A stretch of DNA of 64,000 bases, from NCBI GenBank assembly GCA_020057295.1, contig JAGVGF010000003.1, positions 1-64,000 on the forward strand, read 5' to 3'. Shown here one piece after another: positions 57,005 through 64,000 of the stretch. Source of the DNA: an archaeon (lineage in GTDB: Archaea; Nanobdellota; Nanobdellia; Woesearchaeales; UBA9642). Below the pieces are notes generated by a model that had not been told where the DNA came from, did no database searches, and saw only the letters and a program-made list of their open reading frames with translations. Both the position numbers and the translations under genes were made by a program. How positions within the stretch are numbered: the stretch's first letter is position 1; each line of letters starts with the position of its first letter.

Positions 57005-58501
57005 TCAGTAGTCATCCTTGATTTTATGTGCTTTCTTAGACAAGAATTTGTATGATGCTATGGTTATACTAGCAAGTCCTAATAGTATTAATCCTATGAG
57101 TGAATAAAATTTATTTTTCTGATTAGGAGATTCATAGATTACTTTTCCACTTATTCCTAAAAGTTCTTTAGAAGAATTAATTGTGTTATTAGCAGAGTTT
57201 GTTATTGCCTTATTGTTTGATTCTATACTAAGATTTTTCTGATTTATATTTGACGTTTCATCATTGTTTTTATTATCTTGATTGGATGTTTGGTTAGATC
57301 TAGATTGATTGCATACATTTACGGTTTTTATTACCATCTCTTTTGAACATTCGAGAGTGTTTAAAGGTATATTCCGACAATTACAAACATCACATTTAAT
57401 GGTCTTGCATGATGAGGACGGACAATTCGGCAATGGTGCAATATATTGGTTATTATTTACTAATATCATTTTTTCAGTAGGAGTATTATTAAATGTACAA
57501 TTTATATCTTTAATTACTGCCTTGATTAATAATATTTTGTCTCTCTCATCAATTTTTGGTGTAAAACTTTTTTCATCTTGATTATTCGTAACTATATGAT
57601 TTTTAATGAGCATTCCAGAGAGATCTTCCACCCAATATTCTATAGAATAATTTATATCTTCCATTTCAGATATTAGTAAAGGATTTATTGATATCTTAAT
57701 GTAGAATTTTATCGACATTCCTTCATCGTATATTGCGGAATAATTTTTTAATGTGATATTTATAGATGCATAGCATGATGAATTATTTTTTGTAGAAATA
57801 TTTTCTAAATATAAATTATTAGATAAGTTAGATAGATTCATTGAGTTGTTGATATTTAATGTAATATTTGATGTACTGTTTGAGGTAATATTCTCTTCTT
57901 CGGTTATGTTTGCATTTGAAGCGTTATTAAAAAACACTTTAGTTATATTTCCAGGTTCTCCTTTATTTATGAACGATTCTCCCCATATTTCATCAATATA
58001 CTCAATAGTATATCCTTCACGTATTGTTACATACTGTAATATTGCGGTATAATTTATTTCGTCAATTATAGAATTTCCGTAATTTATTCCAATTGTTTCA
58101 CCAGTATTTCCGAGGTTAAACGCACTTCTATATAGGGCGATTTTTTTTGAACTATCATTCAAATCGTTTGATGTATCATTCAACATTGTATTGATTAGGG
58201 GATAATCTTCAAGAAACTTATCTATATCATTACATAATATAGCGTAATTACAAGCAACATCGCTCGTATAAGAATAGATGTTATGATTTGTGTTCTCTTC
58301 GAATAATTTGTATTGTGTAAAATTTATGCATCCTTCGCTGTTATTTATCTGTATTTCAATCCATTCTCTTCCACTATCCGCTCCTTGTGGATTAAACATT
58401 ATTTCTGTAAATTGTAAAGCGCAAATATGTGGTACTGTAATTAATGCTATACTGCACATTATAAATAAATTTATGCTTATAATTTTCTTTCTAAATTTCA
58501 T
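57005..58501 (-). CDS. Surface glycoprotein with a lamin-tail (LTD) domain and C-terminal TM
   Basis: Signal peptide, FTEIMFNP.G.D.GREWIEI, L.N.GE.I, many N-x-S/T sequons, Cys cluster, TM anchor. Confidence 0.8.
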   Translation of the reverse strand: MKFRKKIISINLFIMCSIALITVPHICALQFTEIMFNPQGADSGREWIEIQINNSEGCINFTQYKLFEENTNHNIYSYTSDVACNYAILCNDIDKFLEDYPLINTMLNDTSNDLNDSSKKIALYRSAFNLGNTGETIGINYGNSIIDEINYTAILQYVTIREGYTIEYIDEIWGESFINKGEPGNITKVFFNNASNANITEEENITSNSTSNITLNINNSMNLSNLSNNLYLENISTKNNSSCYASINITLKNYSAIYDEGMSIKFYIKISINPLLISEMEDINYSIEYWVEDLSGMLIKNHIVTNNQDEKSFTPKIDERDKILLIKAVIKDINCTFNNTPTEKMILVNNNQYIAPLPNCPSSSCKTIKCDVCNCRNIPLNTLECSKEMVIKTVNVCNQSRSNQTSNQDNKNNDETSNINQKNLSIESNNKAITNSANNTINSSKELLGISGKVIYESPNQKNKFYSLIGLILLGLASITIASYKFLSKKAHKIKDDY

Positions 58502-58604
58502 CTTATCGATAAATAATATCTTTTAATAAGTCTATCTACAGAATTATCGTAAATTGTTCAAAGATATCGAAAAATCTTCAATAAATTTTTACGCTCTGGA
58601 ATGA

Positions 58605-59618
58605 TTAGAATTCTCCAGGAATTTTTACTCCGCATTTGGTACACTTACTCTTTTCTATTCCAACAATTTTTACATGATAGTTTTCTCTATCTACAAGCAA
58701 TGTATTACATTTTGAACAGCAAGTATTATCGAGAAATCCTAAATTCCCAATATAAACATAGTTTAATCCTATTTCTAGTGCAATTTTCTTTGCATTCTCA
58801 ACAACTTTCGAAGGAGTCGGAGTTATGTCTTTTGCATGATAATATGGATAAAATTTTGAGAAATGTAACGGCACATTAACTCCTACATTATCTTTTACCC
58901 ACTTACATAATTTTTTTATATCTTCAGTATTATCATTTAATTTTGGAATTAGAAGGTTTGTTAATTCAATCCATACTCCTGATTCATATAGTGTTTTTAT
59001 GGTATTTAATACTGGCTGCATTTTTGTCTTACTGTATCCCTTATAAAATTCTTCTGTTATTCCTTTAAGATCTATATTTGCTGCATCAATATATTTTATT
59101 AATTCTTTTAATGGTTCAGGATTAATATATCCGTTACTTACTATAATATTTTTTATTCCTTTCTTTCTAGCAAGTTTTGCAATATCGATTATGTATTCAA
59201 AAAATATTGTTGGCTCGTTGTATGTATATGCTATTAATTTAATGTTATTTTCTAAAGCTAAATCCACTATTTCTTCAGGATGATAATATTTTAATTCAGA
59301 AGTTTCCTTAGCATCTCTACGTGTAATATCGAAGTTTTGGCATCCTCTACAAAATAAATTACAACCAAATGTTCCAAAAGATAATATTTCGCTGCCTGGA
59401 TAGAAGTGATATAGTGGTTTTTTTTCTATTGGATCTACATGAATACTACAAGGATAACCATAAACCATACTATAAAATTTTCCATTAATGTTTATTCTGG
59501 TCTTACATAATCCGCTTTTACCTTCAAGAATCACACACTTATTAGGACACAAATCACACCGTATGTTATTATTTTCGAGTGTCTGGTAGTATTTTTTTAT
59601 TAAGTGCGCTTCGACCAT
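58605..59618 (-). CDS. amrS: AmmeMemoRadiSam system radical SAM enzyme
   Basis: CDLCP..C, DPIEKKPLYHF.PG, GCNLFCRGCQN, AYTYNEP, ANIDLK, YVYIGN. Confidence 0.93.
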   Translation of the reverse strand: MVEAHLIKKYYQTLENNNIRCDLCPNKCVILEGKSGLCKTRININGKFYSMVYGYPCSIHVDPIEKKPLYHFYPGSEILSFGTFGCNLFCRGCQNFDITRRDAKETSELKYYHPEEIVDLALENNIKLIAYTYNEPTIFFEYIIDIAKLARKKGIKNIIVSNGYINPEPLKELIKYIDAANIDLKGITEEFYKGYSKTKMQPVLNTIKTLYESGVWIELTNLLIPKLNDNTEDIKKLCKWVKDNVGVNVPLHFSKFYPYYHAKDITPTPSKVVENAKKIALEIGLNYVYIGNLGFLDNTCCSKCNTLLVDRENYHVKIVGIEKSKCTKCGVKIPGEF

Positions 59619-59758
59619 AGTTTAGTTATATTGTTTAAGTATTAATTTATTACTAAAAACAACATCCTCGATAAATTATTTTTACCATTATGTAATAATA
59701 AGAAAACTTTTAATACTGTTTTAAAATATAAGCATATAGAGTAAAAAAGGGGTGTATT

Positions 59759-60439
59759 ATGGGTTTGTTCGATTTTTTGAAGAAAAAGGAGTCAGATCAA
59801 CCTATAAGTCAGTCTTTTGATAATCAATCTATACCTTCTGATTTACCTTCTATTGACGGAAGTGCTGCTCAGCAATTACCTCCAATAAGTTTAAGTAAAG
59901 GGTTTTCAGATTCTTCTGAATCAAAATCTATAAGTCTAAACATGCCGACTCTAGATTTTAGTCTTCCTCCATCAGATGAAGTTCCAGTACAGAAACCTGT
60001 AGACAAAGGTTATTTATCTGTTGAAGATCTTAATAAATTATTTTTATCTGATAACTGGAAAGAACCAGATTGGCAAAATTTCGAACCATATTCTCAAGAA
60101 AAGATTGAAGAACCCAAACCCGAAGATTTTGGAGTTGTCGGACATTCAGATCTTCCATCATTTGAAGAAGATCATTCTCCAATACCGGTTGCTCCTCCTC
60201 AAGAAGTTAAGAGAGCAGGACCAAAACCTGTAGAATTATACATTAAAGGTAAAGCATACAACAGAGTTTTTATAGAATTAGATTCAATGAGTCAAGCATT
60301 ACAACAGAGAGATATAAAAATTTCGCATTATGAAAATCTTGTCAAATCAGAAGAGCCTCTATCAACAAGTGCCAAGGAAAATATGGAATATTTGTATAGA
60401 AAATTAGCTCAAGTAGACAAAAAGATATTTGCTCAATAA
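59759..60439 (+). CDS. Hypothetical protein: MGLFDFLKK tip, Pro/Ser/acidic disordered linker, C-terminal coiled coil
   Basis: Sequence composition; SD GGGGTG upstream. Confidence 0.75.
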   Translation: MGLFDFLKKKESDQPISQSFDNQSIPSDLPSIDGSAAQQLPPISLSKGFSDSSESKSISLNMPTLDFSLPPSDEVPVQKPVDKGYLSVEDLNKLFLSDNWKEPDWQNFEPYSQEKIEEPKPEDFGVVGHSDLPSFEEDHSPIPVAPPQEVKRAGPKPVELYIKGKAYNRVFIELDSMSQALQQRDIKISHYENLVKSEEPLSTSAKENMEYLYRKLAQVDKKIFAQ

Positions 60440-60450
60440 AAGGTGATATT

Positions 60451-60675
60451 ATGGATAAAAATGTTCCAGTATTCGTGAAGATTGCTGATTACAAAGAAGT
60501 ATTAGATATAGTTGATGTGATGAAACAGAAATTAAAGGAAACAACTCAAACTTTAGAAAAGTTAAAGGAGTTAAAAGCCGAAGAGGATAGGGAATTGCAG
60601 GAGTGGGAGAAAAATGTTACAGAAATCTCACGAAGATTAGCATTTATAGATTCAGCATTCTTTGAAAATGAATAA
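60451..60675 (+). CDS. Small coiled-coil protein
   Basis: PVFVKI.DY..V followed by heptad repeats; SD AGGTGA upstream. Confidence 0.8.
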   Translation: MDKNVPVFVKIADYKEVLDIVDVMKQKLKETTQTLEKLKELKAEEDRELQEWEKNVTEISRRLAFIDSAFFENE

Positions 60676-61093
60676 GAAAATCGTAAAAAGAAAATTAGAA
60701 GTGCCGACAGAGCACGAAACATACTTCATATATTTGAAGAATCCTTTAGAGTATAGAAGACAATTGCTTGAGAGTTCTAGAAAAACACTCTATAGTTTAA
60801 AAAATTATCAAAAGATATTGTTAATTAGAACTAAGAAGCTCGAGGAATTACATAAATTAAGAACTTCAGTTAAAGAATTATTATATCTTAATAAAAAATT
60901 CAATGATAAACTGCCAAAATATGAATCTAAAGTTTTAGGTGGATTAAATTCAGAAGACAAGGTTAAAAATGTGAAAATGCATGTAATAAATGTAAAGAAA
61001 CCTAGTACTCCCGTATCAAGAGAAAAATCTGAGTTAGAAAGATTAGAAGAATCATTAGCAGGTATTGAGAAAAAATTAAGAACGTTACAATAA
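60662..61093 (+). CDS. Basic coiled-coil protein (start probably 60668)
   Basis: YFIYL.NP...RR.LLES; C-terminal SELERLEESL..IEKKL. Confidence 0.75.
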   Translation: MKMNKKIVKRKLEVPTEHETYFIYLKNPLEYRRQLLESSRKTLYSLKNYQKILLIRTKKLEELHKLRTSVKELLYLNKKFNDKLPKYESKVLGGLNSEDKVKNVKMHVINVKKPSTPVSREKSELERLEESLAGIEKKLRTLQ

Positions 61094-61193
61094 ATCTTTT
61101 TCTTTTCAAATAATTTTATAAACCATTAGATAGTCCTATGAGTATGTCGCTATAGGCGACCTTTTTTGATAAACCTTTTTTCTAAAAAGGTTT

Positions 61194-61277
61194 GCGGGGA
61201 TACCAAAGTGGCCAAATGGGGTGGACTCAAAATCCTCTGGCTTAGTGCCTTCGTGGGTTCGAATCCTACTCCCCGCA
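61194..61277 (+). tRNA. tRNA-Leu(CAA), no intron, CCA not encoded
   Basis: Acceptor stem GCGGGGA/TCCCCGC plus discriminator A, anticodon loop CTCAAAA, long variable arm, T-loop GTTCGAATC. Confidence 0.92.
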
Positions 61278-61395
61278 TTTTTTACAAAAAATGCAGTAAA
61301 AGTAATGAACATCACGAAAACGTGAGTTCATCTGTTACTATTTATGTTGCTTTAGCTTCTTTTTCCCAAGGCTTTTTCTAAAAAGGCTTAGGAGT

Positions 61396-61410
61396 ATCCT
61401 ACTCCCCGCA
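61396..61410 (+). repeat. 15-bp direct repeat of the tRNA-Leu 3' end (att-like)
   Basis: ATCCTACTCCCCGCA is identical to 61263-61277. Confidence 0.8.
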
Positions 61411-61604
61411 CTTTTTTCTTTTACAAAGAAAAACCTGCGCTAAAAAGAAAAGGCTGACAAGGTCAGCATTTTCTAAATGTTTTCTAAGACGACAAAAGAC
61501 CCCTGAATTCTTCACTACTTATCAATAACAACCAAAACCTTTATAAAGCACTTAATAATCTGAACATCCGGTATACAAATGTATATCATAACGGAGGAGA
61601 TAAA

Positions 61605-62360
61605 ATGACTAGAGTTCACGAACCAAAGCAAATACAAGTAAATAAAGTACAATCTTCAAAGATAAAGAATTTTTTATCGGATAAAGGATATCCTGAAGCG
61701 GAATATATTATGGGTGAAGGAATGGAAACTGTTTACATTAACAGCCCAGACGCTCAAGCAAGTTTAATGTTATTATTCAGCGAGTCATTAAATCATTATG
61801 CGAGAACTACAAGAGGATTTGTAGAAGCATGTTTAAGAGATGAGGTTAGATCTAAGGAACACCCAAATGGAAGAGTTTACATAAAATTAAGTACTGATGG
61901 TGTAGCTTTCTATAAGAAAAATTTAGATCCTAACAGTTCAGTGTTTGGTTTAGATGATCCACAAGGATTTTTACATTCTGATGATCTTAGCGTAGAACCA
62001 TCAGCAACATATAAAATTAATGGACGTATCAATCGAAGATTCTCTGCAGTAGCACCTGGTATAGATAAAAGAATACCTTCTGATTTAGAAATGAATGTTT
62101 TGGATGGCGCAGAATCTGTTGTGTCAATACCTATTACTGAAGATCAGATTTTAGGATGCTCAGAAGTAGTTGAATTTAATCAACCTGGTTTTAAAAAAGG
62201 TAAGGGAAAATATTCTGGATCTCTTGGCATACCTACTCCAAAACGTGATTGTTTAGATGTAGTTTGTTCTTTAGGTTCTAATTTAGTTTATCTAAGAATG
62301 GATCCTGAAGTTGCACAACATCTTGATAACTTAAAAAAAAGTATGGAACAAGAAAAATAA
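61605..62360 (+). CDS. Hypothetical protein
   Basis: 251-aa ORF with SD GGAGGAG and an upstream TATA box; no motif recognised. Confidence 0.7.
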   Translation: MTRVHEPKQIQVNKVQSSKIKNFLSDKGYPEAEYIMGEGMETVYINSPDAQASLMLLFSESLNHYARTTRGFVEACLRDEVRSKEHPNGRVYIKLSTDGVAFYKKNLDPNSSVFGLDDPQGFLHSDDLSVEPSATYKINGRINRRFSAVAPGIDKRIPSDLEMNVLDGAESVVSIPITEDQILGCSEVVEFNQPGFKKGKGKYSGSLGIPTPKRDCLDVVCSLGSNLVYLRMDPEVAQHLDNLKKSMEQEK

Positions 62361-62522
62361 TTTTTTATTTTTTTTAATTAAAAAACATTCTTTAAAAGGA
62401 TGTTTTCATTACATTTTTAAAGTTCTTCTTCTGAACATAATTACATTTGATACAAGATAAAATAAAAGGATTAAATACTAGTAATAACTAGTGATAATAA
62501 ATATAGAGGTAAAATAAATAAA

Positions 62523-63842
62523 ATGATAGAAATTATGCCAATTGGCGGATTTAGAGAAGTCGGTAAGAATTGTACCGCAATAAAAGTTGATAATGAAGTG
62601 ATTATTCTCGATATGGGTTTACATTTACAGCATTACATAGATTATACACAAGATGAGGATGAAGCAGATTTATCCTTAGAAAAATTGATTGAAATAAAGG
62701 CTGTGCCAGATATTAATATGATTAAGGATTGGATTCCATTAACAAAAGCTATCTGTATTAGTCACGCACATTTAGATCATGTAGGTGCAGCACCATTCTT
62801 AGCATCAAAGTTCAAATGTCCGATACATGGAACACCTTATACTATAGAAGTTTTAAAGGCATTAATTGCAGATAAGGAGATACGCGTACATAATAAATTA
62901 ATATCACACGATGCTAATGCCATGTTCAGAGTTTCTGACAATATAAAAATAGAGTTTATCAGCGTAACACATTCAGTAGTTCATACAGCATTAGTGGCTG
63001 TGCATACAAAGTATGGCACAGTAGTTTATGCTAATGATTTCAAGCTAGATAATCAACCAACTCTTGGTTTAAAGTCGAATATAGGGCGAATGAAAGAAAT
63101 GAAAAACGTTAAAGCTTTGATAATTGATTCATTATATGCGCATAAGCCTATAAAGACTCCATCGGAATCAGTTGCCAGGGAATTGTTAAGAGATGTGATG
63201 TTGAGTACTAATAGTAAAGGAAAAGCAATGATTATATCTACATTCTCAAGTCATCTTGCAAGAATAAAATCTATACTAGAATTTTCAAAAATTCTTAATA
63301 GACAAGTAGTATTTCTTGGTAGAAGTATTGAAAAATATATTATGGCGGGAGAAAGATGTGGTATTGTCGAATTTTCTAAGCAAGCAAAGATAATAAAATA
63401 TCGGCGTGAAGTTCAAAAATTCTTGAAAAATTGTAAAAATCCAGAAGATTATGTATTTGTAGTTACAGGACATCAGGGAGAACCAAAATCTGTTCTAGCA
63501 AGAATGATATTCAACAATTATTTCCAGTTTAGGACTGAAGATATTGTAATATTTAGTTGTCACGTCATTCCAGGAGAAGCTAATATCAAGAACAGAGAGA
63601 TAATGGAGACAGAATTAAAACGTAAAAAAGTAAGGATTTTCAGAGATATTCACGTATCTGGACACGGTGCAAGAGAGGATCAAAGAGATTTAATAAATCT
63701 TATAGAACCGCAAATACTTTTGCCAGCACACTCAGAAATAAACGTAACAGAACAATTCTTAGAACTAGCAGAAGAAATGGGATACAAAGAAAATAAGAAC
63801 GTCTTCATATTAAAGAATGGACACAAGTTTAAGATAGAATAA
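62523..63842 (+). CDS. rnj: Ribonuclease J (beta-CASP)
   Basis: GGFREVGKNCTA, SHAHLDHVGA, THS, NDFKLD, TGHQGEP, HVSGH, PAH. Confidence 0.95.
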   Translation: MIEIMPIGGFREVGKNCTAIKVDNEVIILDMGLHLQHYIDYTQDEDEADLSLEKLIEIKAVPDINMIKDWIPLTKAICISHAHLDHVGAAPFLASKFKCPIHGTPYTIEVLKALIADKEIRVHNKLISHDANAMFRVSDNIKIEFISVTHSVVHTALVAVHTKYGTVVYANDFKLDNQPTLGLKSNIGRMKEMKNVKALIIDSLYAHKPIKTPSESVARELLRDVMLSTNSKGKAMIISTFSSHLARIKSILEFSKILNRQVVFLGRSIEKYIMAGERCGIVEFSKQAKIIKYRREVQKFLKNCKNPEDYVFVVTGHQGEPKSVLARMIFNNYFQFRTEDIVIFSCHVIPGEANIKNREIMETELKRKKVRIFRDIHVSGHGAREDQRDLINLIEPQILLPAHSEINVTEQFLELAEEMGYKENKNVFILKNGHKFKIE

Positions 63843-63854
63843 GCTATTATAAAA

Positions 63855-64000
63855 ATGGAAAAATATCTCGGAATATTAGAAAATGAATTAAAGAAAACAT
63901 TTAAGAAAGATTATTCTCATGATGTACATCATTTGAAAAGAGTTCTAAAACTATCTTTGTTTATTCAAAAACATGAAGGCGGAGATAAGAAAGTGATTGC
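63855..64000 (+). CDS. HD-domain protein, N-terminal fragment running off the window
   Basis: Translated by hand: MEKYLGILENELKKTFKKDYSHDVHHLKRVLKLSLFIQKHEGGDKKVI, matching the H...H..RV......EGGD pattern. Confidence 0.75.
   Translation, partial: MEKYLGILENELKKTFKKDYSHDVHHLKRVLKLSLFIQKHEGGDKKVI

Noticed and set aside
61166-61381. 71-aa ORF
   Set aside because: It overlaps the tRNA-Leu gene and is a shadow ORF.
964-63473. Numerous 60-190-aa antisense or alternate-frame ORFs inside long genes (e.g. 19232-19660, 35617-36183, 53687-54097)
   Set aside because: They lie within well-supported genes and have the Ser/Ile/Phe/Leu-rich composition typical of antisense shadows.
1-64000. Alternative genetic code or stop-codon recoding
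   Set aside because: Conserved genes are full length under the standard code, and TAA, TAG and TGA are all used as stops.

Overview
AT-rich archaeal chromosome segment, most consistent with a DPANN archaeon, probably Woesearchaeota-like. The assignment is inferred from the fused PriS-PriL primase, PolD, bacterial-type MetK and GyrA, and many short, apparently leaderless genes with a TTTATAAA box ~25 nt upstream. The window opens on an ORB-flanked oriC with cdc6-polD1-polD2. It then carries core replication, transcription and RNA-processing genes (mcm, RPA, tbp, fen, hjc, primase, gyrA, scpB, rnz, rnj, endA, Rpp30, trpS, trm5, taw1, pan), a tRNA-Leu(CAA) and a clear box C/D sRNA. The most unusual locus is 48.2-51.9 kb. 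It has a 2-TM K+-channel-like gene with a non-canonical TIGYND filter and U-poor codon usage, followed by ~860 nt of non-coding sequence built from stem-loops joined by A/C-rich linkers (candidate large structured RNA). Next to it is a wHTH regulator divergent from a protein resembling a Gram-negative outer-membrane beta-barrel. Other items worth checking: a second ORB cluster beside tbp/mcm, unannotated micro-ORFs, an operon of three related coiled-coil proteins, a Cas4/Hjc/PRC-barrel cluster, and a tRNA 3'-end duplication. No CRISPR array, rRNA, intein, transposase or reverse transcriptase was seen. All family assignments come from motif recognition by eye; no database searches were run.
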